DNA from: Elsinoe ampelina | Taxonomy: Eukaryota | Assembly: GCA_010093995.1 (NCBI GenBank) | Contig: ML992509.1 | Span: 1-40,407, forward strand | Length of the DNA stretch: 40,407 nt | Reading direction: 5' to 3' | Position numbers and translations under genes: made by a program | The notes under the pieces: model-generated | Databases searched by the model: none | What the model was told of the DNA's origin: nothing | The model's input: only the letters and a program-made list of their open reading frames with translations | Shown: positions 1 through 11,268 of the stretch, one piece after another | Layout of the letters: every line of letters begins with the position of its first letter | Position numbering within the stretch: the stretch's first letter is position 1

Positions 1-503
1 CTAAATATATATCTTTACTATATTAATATTTATTATTATTAGCTAAAATAAGAGATTAATTAAGCTAGAGATCTATCTAGCCCTATCTTAGTAATATAGA
101 CACTATTAGTAGATACCTTAGCTAATAGATTAACTAAGTTATTACTACCTAGAAGGTATAAGGCCTTCTTATAATAGCTATCTCTCGAGTTAGTAGTCTA
201 CTAACTAGCTATAATAGCCTTATAGCTATTTAGTAAAGGGGTGTATTAACTAAGGTATAAGCTAGAGCGCTAAGAAGGACCCTAATTTAGTTTATCCCCT
301 AGTGGAACTAAACACTTATCTACTACTCTACTAATTTATAATTAAATTAGATAGTTATTGTCTTAATCTATTACTATTAAGGAGTTCTTTTGATTTAGCT
401 ATCTTTTAGTACACTAGGTTAAGTATTTATGTAGTTACAATCCACCTTATTTTAGTGGTGTAGGCAGTAATTAATCCTTTTTCCTCCCCCACACAAGTCA
501 ACA
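1..503 (+). mobile_element. 3' end of a RIP-degraded Ty1/copia LTR retrotransposon (RNase H C-terminus, PPT, 3' LTR)
   Basis: Frame 1 from base 1 reads LNIYLYYINIYYY*LK*EIN...LVDTLANRLTKLLLPRRYKAFL**LSL. Reversing C>T/G>A gives ..LRHIDIHHHWLKQEV....ADTLADGLTKPL.....F...LSL, the copia RNase H tail (HIDI..HW, ADGLTKPL). A purine tract AAAGGGGTG (235-243) and an LTR follow. Strong TpA excess and CpA/TpG depletion. Confidence 0.85.
244..503 (+). repeat. 3' LTR of the copia element (~260 bp)
   Basis: Starts TATTAACT (RIP-altered TGTTGACT) right after the PPT and ends AGTCAACA (496-503), its reverse complement, giving TG...CA termini. The partner LTR lies outside the window. Confidence 0.75.
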
Positions 504-539
504 GTACTACCAGGTCACGTGCTATGAATGCCACGAGCT

Positions 540-909
540 CTAATGCTGACGACCAGTGAGCGGACTGGTGAGTCTGTCCGCTGTGTTGCCAGCCTGTTTG
601 CCCAATGGATTCTGCAACGCTCCGCCCGCAAGGTTGCTGATACCCTTCTTAAGGTCCTTGACATCCTGCTGGTCCGAAGCTGGGACTTTGTCGATCTGGC
701 CTGCACAAGTTATTAGCACAAATCCTGATAGAATGGGGGAGATGCCTACCTTTTACAAGATACGAAGCCTTGTTCTCGCCCATGGTCTGAAGCGCCTTCT
801 CCTCCATTGCGCGCTTCCATTGCGGTGGGATACCGAACAGATAGACGTACGCTGCGGCTAGGGCAAGGATGCCAGCGAGAGCAGTGAAGAATGAAGCTTT
901 GGAAGGCAT
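540..909 (-). CDS. Small hypothetical protein with N-terminal hydrophobic (signal-anchor/TM) segment, 2 exons
   Basis: ATG at 909 (MPSKASFFTALAGILALAAAYVYLFGIPP...SYLVK). GT-AG intron 701-749 with GCTAAT branch site. Exon 2 reads GQIDKVPASDQQDVKDLKKGISNLAGGALQNPLGKQAG...RQH, stop 540-542. Confidence 0.8.
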
Positions 910-1352
910 GTTGGTGGGTATGTTTCGTCTTCACTGGTAATGTCGAACTGTCTGAAAGGCGAACTGAGAAATGAGAAATGAAATGCAGAACTTGATCCTT
1001 CTCTTCTCTTAGCAGAACCTGTTCCTTGCTGGCCGTGGTCTACGCGTGCGGGCAGCAAAATGACGTACATTGGTGGGCTGCCAGAAGCCGATCTTCCCAG
1101 GTCACGACACACCTTGAGTCCACCACGGATTTCTCCCCTTCATTCATGTGTAAGTCATACTGTTCGGGTGGGAGCTGCTGCATCGTCGCCCAAGTCCGCT
1201 CCTCTGAACGCCTGCAATGCATGTAGTCACGCGAACCAATAGATAGCCGGACGTGAGAAGCGGAGCTCGCCGATGAAGCTCACAGGAAGTGTGGAACAGT
1301 ATCGTTGTTCTGTATCACCTCATGTTTTGAACTCACCGACTTCCCATACAAC

Positions 1353-2814
1353 ATGAATGAAGACGTAAAGTATGTGCTGTCGCTACAAGCGGTCCGTGAT
1401 CGCACAAGGCAGGTGGAAAAGGTCGCCTCGGCTGGCAAGCTGAACCATTTCGACTACCACGAAGACCGCCTTGGAGAAGTAGCCGACTTTGTGGTGTCCG
1501 TCATCAAGGTAGATTCCGCATGAAAGTTACCCTCCAGACGTTCTGAGACCTGACCTAGGATATATAGCGCGACTATGGACCTGATAAGTACGACACCATC
1601 CCGCCACACGGACGATGGCAGCACTTCGAAGTCGGCGGAACTCCACGCATCTCGAACTTGCTATCAAAGTGGCGGGATGAAGGCTGCGATACTACGGAGC
1701 TCACCCGCCGACTCATTGATCTATTCTTCGTCTCAGTCCTGCTTGACGCGGGGGCAGGTGATGTCTGGAAGTGGACAGAGCCCAGTGCGGCGAAGACATA
1801 TGAACGCAGCGAAGGCATAGCTGTTGCGAGTCTGTACATGTTCAAGGAGCATGCTTTCTCGGCTTCTACAACTGGTGAAGAACCAATCGTTGATGGTGGG
1901 TTAATCTTTGTCCGTCATGTGTAGTGGTTCTACCAGCTGACATACACAAATAGGTCAAGGCTTGAAGCAGTTGACTACTGAAACACTTGCCAATGGATTT
2001 CAGATCTCCGCCTCCAACCCCATGACGGGACTAGACTCTCGCGCTAGTCTTCTCCGCGCTCTAGGAGATTCTCTACTCAAGCTGCCTGATGTGTTCGGAG
2101 CAAAAGGCCGCCCCGGCAATATCGTGGGCAAGTAAGACAAATCCGTCCGCCGAGCGACCGCTAACCTCAACATCAGACTACATGATCGGTAAAGCGAACA
2201 GTACGAGCGAACTAGACGTTCTGACCTTTTGGGACGTTCTGCAGACTCTCCTCATCCCGATCTGGCCCAAGGACCGCACGACACTATACGGCCATCCTAT
2301 TGGCGACGCCTGGCCGCTTCGACTGCTCCAAGGAGCAGATCCAGATTCAAAGGAGGGGGAGGTCAAACCCGAACACATTCAGCCTTTCCATAAGCTCACG
2401 CAGTGGCTGACATACTCCCTGACCGTCCCTTTCGAGCGCCTGCTTGGCCTCAAATGGATCAATACCGACGCTCTCACAGCCCTGCCGGAGTATCGCAATG
2501 GCGGCCTGTTCGTTGATCTCGGAGTCCTTTCACTCAAGAAAGAGTCTCTCGACAGAGGTCTGAAGGCCTCAGGAGGCGACCTGCCACTTTACGAGGCTGG
2601 TGACGACGTGATCATTGAGTGGCGAGCTATGACACTCGTGCTTATTGACAAATTGTACAGCATCATTCTGCAACGCATGGGCGATGTGCACTTGACAATG
2701 GCACAGCTCCTCGAGGCCGGCACATGGAAGTCAGGCCGAGAGATCGCTGGGAAACGTCGACCAGGGACAAAGTCAAGCCCGATTTTGATCAAGAGTGACG
2801 GGACGGTCTTCTGA
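1353..2814 (+). CDS. URC4: DUF1688 / Urg3 / URC4-family protein (uracil catabolism), 4 exons
   Basis: Motifs LSLQAVR, IPPHGRWQHF, LIDLFFVSVLLDAGAG, RSEGIAVASL, PFHKLTQWLTYSL, LPEYRNGGLFVD, EWRAMT, LEAGTWKSGREIA, SDGTVF*. Introns 1509-1567, 1896-1953 and 2128-2176 (GC-AG). Confidence 0.9.
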
Positions 2815-2930
2815 TGGAATCTTGATGCCATTAAAAGTACAGTTGTTTCTACATAATTGAGCGCTGCGAACATGAAAAAACCCATGAAAAAAAAAATGGA
2901 ATCGGTGCGTCTGCTCGTACCGACCACCTC

Positions 2931-4934
2931 TCATATCGCCCGCGTCATTGCCCGTACTGTGTCGCGTGCCATCATCTCCAAATCGAGCATCCTTTCATGC
3001 TCATCTGCATCATTGCTCCCTACCGATTGCCCTGCCATGATAAAGCTGTCTACTACGTGGGTGTAACGGTTGCCCATGGCTGCTTCCAAGGATGCGATCA
3101 ATTCATTCGATCTTGCCGAAATATCGGCAGAGGCATATGCGAGTTCTTGTACAGGGGCAAGTGACGGACGAACGGAAGTCCCGCCGAGAAGTCGATGTTT
3201 GAGCTCAATCAGGTCCAGGTCGTGCTTTGCGCTTTGCGCGACAGCGCCATCACGATCGTTCTCTTGTATTGTGTCTATGTGGTGGATTGACGGTTCGGAG
3301 AAATGCCGCTTAGGTATAGAAATGGGTCGGACGTCGGATCGAGCTGTTGAGTGGTGCATCAGAGCTTGCCGTAGCGGTTGCCAGAGACCAATCTCCAGTA
3401 GCGTGCAGCCAACGCTGTAGACATCGAAGGACTTCTGGAAGGGATGATGGACGGTGCTCAGAAGCCGCGGATGTCGATACAGGTCAGAGTCGATCTCCGA
3501 TGGCATCGGCTCAGTCATTTCCCACGGGTTGTCGAGACGGGAGTACGTGTACCCTCCGATGTATGTTGTCCATTCTGATAAATTGCCTATCTGGACTTGG
3601 TCCGATCGTTTCTGGCGCCTAAGGAGGAGGATGTTACCGGAGTGTATCCCCTTGTGCAGCCATCCAGCAGTATGAAGGTCAAGTAGAGTCTCTAGCAGGG
3701 TCAATGCAAGTGAAAGTCTGGTATTCAGAGACGGTGTTGGCAACTGTGAGAACATCTGCTGGAGAGACCGTAGTTGCAACACTGGTTGTGTAGCGTATGT
3801 GCTTCTGTCGTAAGAGAGTGCACGGAGCCGTGGAGCATTGAGGCTCTCTGGAAGATCAAAGACATATCCATATCTCTTCCCAATCTGATCGACAACGTAA
3901 CCACGACATTGTAAGCTATGAAGAGTTGGCTCGATGTCTCTCAAGAAGCTTGCAATGTCATTGACCCTCTCAGACATAACTCGATCGTCCAGATCAGCGA
4001 CATACTTCCACTCCAAGAGTACAGAGCGGCCAGCATATTCGGCTAGCGTCCGATATGCCTCGCTTCGCGCTGCGCGGCTCAACGTCAACAGCCGCATGGA
4101 AAGTCTGAGGCTGTCGGCAGGCGCGTCCTTACTGGCTCTGTCTATTAGAGTGTCATCCTGCGATATGACGGAGTCCACCTCTGACAGGGGTGACCGGCGC
4201 CCGCTTTGAACATGCTCCTTGGGTGGGTCATCCAATCCGAGCCGTAGTCGACTCCGTTTCATTCTTGCAGCTGCTGAGATTGCAGAAGAGGATGTGTCTT
4301 GGCACCCCTTGCTGATGGCGATGAGTCTATGATCTGCTCTGGCTCCGATCACAGTGCTGCGTAGACACGCCTCGAGCATTCGCTCCATTCTGCGTTGTCT
4401 TGCATCTTCAAGGAGCGACCTTAGATCGCTAATGTATCCTTTGACCTTAGCCAGAAGCTTTTCGAATTTTTCTTCATCCAATGTGACCCATTTCAATCTC
4501 TTCCAAGGTTGTGTCCTCTTCAAGAACACACTCACATCGAGCCGCTCGGACCATTTGCGTTCGGGCTCGGAGGAGCGGGGTTCGATCAAGCTGTCCTGGT
4601 CGATCTGTTCGACGGTATCGTCTGTTGCTTGCAAGTCGATACCATACCGCAACTTCAATTCGCTCAAGTCCGTTAAAAGAGTCTCGAGTTGGGCCAGAAT
4701 GCCTGGCACGAGGCTCGCATTCTTCGCGCTGACCAATAGTGTCGGAGGGTCTTCGGTCAGTCCGGCTTCTTGTGCCCAAGTCGTCAGTAGATGCAGAGCA
4801 AGCGACGTCTGAAAGTTGATGTCCGATACATCACGCTGATAGTGTCGTGCTTTACCTAGAATCACCAGCCCCTTCACGCAACCGTGAAGGCAGGTCAGAC
4901 TGAGGGCCACAATGCTGAAAACATCTGCGGGCAT
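2931..4934 (-). CDS. HeLo (prion-inhibition and propagation) domain + kinase-like (pseudokinase) protein, 667 aa
   Basis: Hydrophobic N-terminal helix, then HeLo-type motifs (LLTTWAQEAGL, LSELKLRYGI, KRLKWVTLDEEKFEKLL..VKGYISDLRSLL). C-terminal kinase-like lobe: RLSLALTLLETLLDLHTAGWLHKGIHSGNILL, DLYRHP, FDVYSVGCTLLEIGLW. Single long ORF. Confidence 0.8.
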   Translation of the reverse strand: MPADVFSIVALSLTCLHGCVKGLVILGKARHYQRDVSDINFQTSLALHLLTTWAQEAGLTEDPPTLLVSAKNASLVPGILAQLETLLTDLSELKLRYGIDLQATDDTVEQIDQDSLIEPRSSEPERKWSERLDVSVFLKRTQPWKRLKWVTLDEEKFEKLLAKVKGYISDLRSLLEDARQRRMERMLEACLRSTVIGARADHRLIAISKGCQDTSSSAISAAARMKRSRLRLGLDDPPKEHVQSGRRSPLSEVDSVISQDDTLIDRASKDAPADSLRLSMRLLTLSRAARSEAYRTLAEYAGRSVLLEWKYVADLDDRVMSERVNDIASFLRDIEPTLHSLQCRGYVVDQIGKRYGYVFDLPESLNAPRLRALSYDRSTYATQPVLQLRSLQQMFSQLPTPSLNTRLSLALTLLETLLDLHTAGWLHKGIHSGNILLLRRQKRSDQVQIGNLSEWTTYIGGYTYSRLDNPWEMTEPMPSEIDSDLYRHPRLLSTVHHPFQKSFDVYSVGCTLLEIGLWQPLRQALMHHSTARSDVRPISIPKRHFSEPSIHHIDTIQENDRDGAVAQSAKHDLDLIELKHRLLGGTSVRPSLAPVQELAYASADISARSNELIASLEAAMGNRYTHVVDSFIMAGQSVGSNDADEHERMLDLEMMARDTVRAMTRAI

Positions 4935-5468
4935 TGCGAGTGTTCTGAGACGAGAGATGGCACGAGAGCAAGGTTATAAATATGACTTCCACAGGGAAGA
5001 GCTGAGCTGGTGCCATATACAGGAGCGCGGGCTGAACAGAATGGGTGTGGTACTGCGCCTTCGTTGGCAGACTTGCCTTAACTTGTACTGAGCAGCGCCA
5101 CCACACCACGTCCTGATTGGCACATTGCTCAAGAGCTGCATGTCTAGCCTTTTGTGAAACGTGAGATGCATGTTTTCGGGATCGTCGTTCAGGTTGCGAC
5201 GAGGGACACGCGGAACGGTTGCAAAATCTGCATTGACCACATGTTGTGCATGTGAAGAGTGGGTCAACTGTAGCCGCTGAGGGCGATGCACCCGCCTGCA
5301 TTGCATTGCCAGCAAGTGACCTCATGATTGGCTGTGCCGCAGAGGCTGGCAATGGACTGCGGCCCTGCCTAAGCGCCATATTCATTGCTTGAACATGTCC
5401 GGCCTCTGTTCTCCGCGCGCTCTCCATCGGCAGTCGTGTTGCCTGAGCACCGCACCAACTCTTGAGAT

Positions 5469-6663
5469 ATGGCTCCAAAAACCATATCCATCATCGGAGG
5501 CTTGGATTATGACTTGATAATGATCGCGAACCGTATTCCAGATGGCGGCGAGAGTCTACTAGCGAACGAGTATCTGGAAGCCCTAGGCGGCAAGGGAGCC
5601 AATTCCGCGATAGCGACATACAGGACTTGTCACAAAAAGCCCCAAGGCAACGATGCGTCGGCCGCCACTGATTCGATTGCGGTACGCAGGAATCCAGATC
5701 GTCCAGTCTCTCGACCACCCTACAGGCCTAACGGAGCCAAGCTCGATCTCGACATAAACGTGAGAATGGTTGGTGCAGTGGGTGACGACAAGTATGGTGA
5801 GCGCTTCTACGCCGAGTTGGAGAAGAACGGTGTGGATTCCTCCGGGATTGTCACAGTGCCAAATACCCAATCGAGCATTTGCTTTGTTATGGTAGAGAAC
5901 TACACACGAGAGAATCGTTGTCTCTTCACGCTTGGGGCTACGGCAACGTGGAAGAAGGAAGATTTCCGCAAGGTCGAAGACCTGGGACATGGCCTGCGAC
6001 CAGACTTGTGCGTCGCGCAGATGGAAATCGACAAAGAGGTTGTTGAAACAATGATCGAAACTGCTGGACGAGCCGGCATTGACTTTGTGCTCAACGCAGC
6101 GCCGGCGAATCCGGTGACGAAGAAGACCTATCAGTGGATCACACACTTCCTGGTTAACGAAAGTGAAGCCGCAATCATGTCAGGGCGAGACCTCGACGAG
6201 GTGAACGAAGGTACGTGGGGCACTATCTGTCGAGAATTCCTCAAACGAGGTGCAAAGAATGTGGTGATTACTCTCGGTGCCAAAGGAGCATACTATGCAA
6301 ACGGAACGCAGACGGGACATTGCAGGGCGTACAAGGTCAAAGTAGTGGATACCACTGGCGCAGGGTACGTAGCCTCGATTATCGGTAGACAAAGACCGGA
6401 GACTAAGAACGAACAGGGATACTTTCACAGGCGCTTACTCCTCAGACTACTTGCGGCAGAAAGAAGCTGGACGATGGGACATCGAAAAGGCTGTCATCCG
6501 TGCAAACAAAGCGGCGGCTATCACTATCACCAAGCTCGGTGCTCAGCATGGCATTCCATGGTCTGATGAGATAGATGCTTTTGATGCACCCCTGAACGAC
6601 CCCGACTTGTCGGAGCTGTCCATCTCAGACACGAGCTTGTCTGACAGGTGGCGCAGCCGCTAG
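5469..6663 (+). CDS. Ribokinase-like PfkB-family sugar kinase, 2 exons
   Basis: PfkB signatures GGKGANSA, VGAVGDDKYG, NAAPA, LVNESEA, VITLGAKGA, VDTTGAG|DTFTG. GT-AG intron 6365-6416 restores DTTGAGDTF. Stop 6661-6663. Confidence 0.9.
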
Positions 6664-6745
6664 AAGTACTTGATCATGTGAGAAGGGCAGCTGCATGGCG
6701 GGTAGATCGTCGGTCGACCTATAGATTGTCTGTCGAGTTTAAGAC

Positions 6746-8377
6746 TCAGTAACATGATGTACAGAAGACGATCTCGCCTTCGATGCGTAACCGCCTTTTG
6801 ATATTCTTGGCATCAGGACGTCTTTCCGCCGTACGTTGAAGCATCCGAAAAGTCTGGTCCTTCAGTAATGTGCTAACAGAGTCCCGGTCTGGTATTAGAT
6901 CATCTAGCCAGTCGTGGACTTTGTCTAGATTTTCACGAAATGCGTAGGCATTTTCCCGGTGTGCTACCCGACGATAGCTTTGGTAGTCTTCCAGACTACG
7001 TTTGTGCCTGACAGTGAGCATCTCACTGAATACACAGCCGAGGGAGAAGATGTCTGCTGCTCGACCTCTGGGTTGGCCTTCTGGAGGCCAGTAGACTGGT
7101 GTTCCGAAAGTCATGGTATCCAGGGAGGTTGAGCTTTCCAGACCGGAGAAGTCCTTAGCGCAACCAAAATCTGCCAGATATGGCTGATGGTCCTTGATCA
7201 GAATATTGCTTGGCTTCACATCCTCGTGTTTGATCTGCTTGGAGTGGGCGAAATCCATGGCACCCACGAGACAGCCAAACCAGGTCGTAAGATGCATCAG
7301 CTGAGTCCTCGGAAATCCATCATCAGCGCAGCTTCGAAGAAATTGTCGCAGATCGCATTCCGCAACCGGTAGCATGAACAACCCATAGGTGTCGCCCTCG
7401 AAAACATGGAATTGTACCGAAGCAATGTGGTGATGCCGTAGCTTTTGCATGATGGTCACTTCGTTCAAGACCTGCTGCTCTACAGTCGGCCTTGATCGTG
7501 GATCGCTCACACGAATGACCTTGTGTGCATAGAATGTGCCGGTGGAGGTCTCGCGCACTTTGTGAACTTCCCCATACGTCCCCTTACCCAAAGTTTCCTG
7601 CCATTCGAATTTGACGCTTGTTTCAAAGGGGTTGTACGGGCCCGCTGTCGTATTGTAATAACTGGCCTCGGTATAAACGTTCGTCCTTGCTGCGGCCTGA
7701 TCGAAGGCAGCCTGTTTCACTAGTTGCTCCCACTCTTGTTTGAGATGCGCTATCGCTTGGGTTGCGGAATCGGTCTGTGCTACAAATGCTTCGAAGTCGA
7801 CTGTCAAATAATGAGACTAATCAGAGGTGTAGAGGCGCTGTTACTGACCTTCCGTTTGTTGGTGGTCCAGCAGTTGGACCATCATATCATAACAACCCAT
7901 ATAGGTCGCAAAAATGACCTGAAGCGGCTTCTGCACGACCTCGTTGTCCGGAAATAGGGGCAGTTCGGCGCCGAAAGCTGGTACTACGTCGCACAACCGG
8001 GGGAGGTATTTTCGAACGAGGTCATCCTGCTGTCGAGACTCTAATGCCTTCTGTGAGATATCAGCTCGCCCTCACGACCAGTACGGGCATCTAACCTCGA
8101 TAGCCTCGAAGGCCTTGGACCAGAATACCGAGCTCAGTGAATTCGCGTCGTCCAAGCCCATCGACTCGTCGAGCGCGCTCACAAACGCCACAATCTGATC
8201 ATGATGTCGGAGAAAACGAGCCAGAAGTCTCTCTGGATCTCTTTCGCCGATAATGATGCATGCCTGCTTGAATTCGCGGTGGAAGCGTTGTTCTCCAGTA
8301 ACTTCGGCGCTTGACCCAGTGATCGGAAGGTCGGACAGGAATGTCATCCAGGTCGAAGAACTCCCTGAGTTCGACAT
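6746..8377 (-). CDS. Ser/Thr protein kinase with an N-terminal helical domain, 3 exons
   Basis: Complete kinase motifs LGKGTYGEV, YAHK, NE, HEDVKPSNIL, ADFG, GTPVYWPPE, DIFSLGC. Upstream exons join in frame via introns 8051-8095 (GTTAGA..CACAG) and 7801-7848 (GTCAGT..GACAG). ATG at 8377. Confidence 0.85.
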
Positions 8378-8918
8378 CGCAGCATGGTAGATCGCCAATC
8401 TCGTGTGGCTCGTGACACTATCGGGCGGTACTCACATGCGTTCTATCAGCAGCAAAGCATTGTGAGGGCTGTGGTTCGCGCCGCACGAAGGTGGGGGTCG
8501 CAAAGGGTACAACGAGAAGACCTCATAGGCCTACACTGCTTGCGCACTTGCCTACTTTAGGAAATTCGTCAAAGGAGCTTCATAAGAAGAGTGGTCAACC
8601 TGAACGTGTTCGACATCTTTTCAGCGACTCCTATGTGATTTGACAAGCTGTCGCAGTTTCTCCGCCAGAACGAGAGCAACAAAAGGTTTGGCAATAGTTT
8701 GAGGTAAAGTTTGTACGTCGTCAGATTCTTTTGTGGTGGAACGGCAAGAATTGTCACGTGATCTTGGCGGAAACGACCCGCTTTCCTCTCTCCTCTGCGG
8801 GCGCGAATCTGCTGCGACCACCAAGCCAGAGCCAGAGTCAGCACCTTTCACGCTCGCGACCGCGTCGGACCCCATCGACATTCCCGCGCAGCGTTTGCAC
8901 ATCAATTGCTCGCCAACC

Positions 8919-10932
8919 ATGGACCGCAGTCGCAAGCGCAAAGCTGATGCTGCAGAGAATGGCGACACTCCAGTCAAAAGGCAAAAATTGCCTGCGCTCA
9001 ACACACCCGAGGCCGTCACTGAAGTTGGCATGCAGTTGATAGAGTCGATGAAGGCCGCCAAGGACAAAACAGGTCGGAGCATAACTGATCTGTTCTTGAC
9101 TCTCCCCGACAAGCGTGAACTTCCCGACTATTACGAACTCATCAAGCTCCCCATCGCGATCGACACGGTCGAGCGCAAGCTGCGCAAACATGGCTACGCA
9201 ACTCTGTCCGAGGTTGAAGGTGATTTCAAGCGCATGGTCAACAACGCGAAGCAATACAATGATGATGGGTCAGAGGTTTTCGCAGATGCAGAGCGGATAC
9301 GAAAGATGTTGCACAACTGGATGAAGGTGCACAATCCAGCATACAAGGATCCGAACTACATTGCGACAGCCACACCTCTGCCAGGCGATAAGACAGGGGG
9401 TAAGAGGACAAATGGCCATACCAGTCAAACACCGGACGTCGATGTCAAGGAAGAAGAGCCAAAAGCTAAGCGACCGACCATAACTCTGTCGACCAAGAGA
9501 AGGACATCCGAGGCGCAGACGAACATTTCTGCAGCTGCGAAGGAGAAGTCGGCTCCCGCCTCGACCGACACTGCTTCGACGAATGAGTTCCAAGGCAAGT
9601 CGTTCGGACAGGTACAAGAAGCGATACTGGATGAATTCATGCAATACAAAGATGAAGAGTAAGTGCTTTCGGCACACTTTTGTGGACAAGCTGACAGCGA
9701 CAGGGGTCTGCAAATCTATCAACCATTCTTTAACCTACCGTCGAGAACATACACGGACTACTACCAACTCATCAAGAAACCAGTCTGTCTCAAGTCGATA
9801 CAGAAGCGGGCGAGAGGTCAACATGGCCGGGAGGCGGCTTCAGGTATCACTGACTTCAAGACATGGGACGCGTTCGAGGATGAGGTCTCTTTGATCTGGA
9901 AGAATGCTCAAGAGTACAACGAAGACGGCAGCGAAATGTTCAATCTTGCCGACGAGTTCAAGGCAAGTAATGTCACGAAGTAGCACTGATCATTCGCTAA
10001 CATACCACAAGGAGCACTTTCTGTCCAGACTGTCTGAAGTTAAGGCCAAAGTCGATGAGCCACAAAGCACACGCATCAAGCTCAATGCACGACCGAAGCA
10101 GGTCTTGCACTTGGGCTCAAAATCATCATCGACAAGCGCAGCCTCACCAGGTGTCACTGTAGACAACGAGGCCCTCGAGCGACAGCGACAGCTGGTTCGA
10201 GCGGGCGTCAATGGCCATCAAACGCCACAGCCACCAAAAGCAGAATCACAAGCTCCGTCGGACCCGCGACAGACGTCCACGCCCCCGACAGCTGTCAAGA
10301 CTGAGAGGTTGGCGGCTTCGCCAGCACCCGAATTAGCACGCGTTGCTAGTACCGGGCCAGATGTCCGTGCCAGCCCCCAAGGGTCAATGCCGCCACCAGC
10401 CCGGATCCCTAGCGGGAGTCCATTCCCAAACGCAACTCCGCTTGCGCCGGCGACATACACACCGTCACTGGCGCCTCAGACTGCTACTTTCGGGGAGACA
10501 TTCGCGAGGACCAAGCCTTTATCGGAAGCGTTGTTACCGAACATACATCTTTCGAGTCATCCCCAGCTTAACAGCGCGAAGCCTTTCAAGCTTGACATTC
10601 CCGCGTCTCCGGAGTATATTCAGCAATCTGTCACGGTCATGCTTCCTGCCACTCAGTACGCTTTGCAGGCCACCCCCACGGTGTCACAACAGCTGTCTTC
10701 AGGTAGACAGTACAAACTATTCGTGACTGCCAATGGCGTACGAGTGTCACCTTCTATCAGACCGATGGTCAATGGCGACCTCACTAATGGAGTGGAGAAG
10801 AAGCAGGTTTACGACATCTCGCTCATGCCAGGCGTCAATCGTATAGAGATTGAGATAGTCGCTGTCACGGGCAGAGGTGGTACACTGGAAGTAGAAAAGA
10901 CTACAGTCTTTGCAAACTTGATGAAGTACTGA
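8919..10932 (+). CDS. RSC4: Double-bromodomain chromatin-remodelling subunit, RSC4-like, 3 exons
   Basis: Bromodomain 1: LFLTLPDKRELPDYYELIKLPIA...MVNNAKQYN. Bromodomain 2: PFFNLPSRTYTDYYQLIKKPV...IWKNAQEYN. Then a Pro/Ser linker and a beta-rich C-terminal domain (PGVNRIEIEIV). Introns 9659-9703 and 9963-10011 (GC-AG). Orthology to RSC4 is inferred from architecture. Confidence 0.8.
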
Positions 10933-11268
10933 GCACGAGGCGGGTCTGGAGGAGTGCATTATGAAATTTCGGCCAAGCACCAGTCGTGACGAGCACGAGG
11001 AATGGGGCAAGTCTGGATTTAGATACCCCATCAGCATGTCATTATAGGTTAGCATGCTATGTATGAAGCATTACTATCATAAATTCCCAAGTCATGTATA
11101 TTGTATATTCTGCACGTGTGTGCATCGTCGCATGAATGAACCAATCCCTTGGCATGCATCAAAAGCCGACGCCCAACCTCGGCAACACGTCCAAAGCCTC
11201 CTCCAGCCCGTTCACTCTTCCCTCCACCTACCAACCTCCCATCTCCCACCCACACAAACAATGCAACA

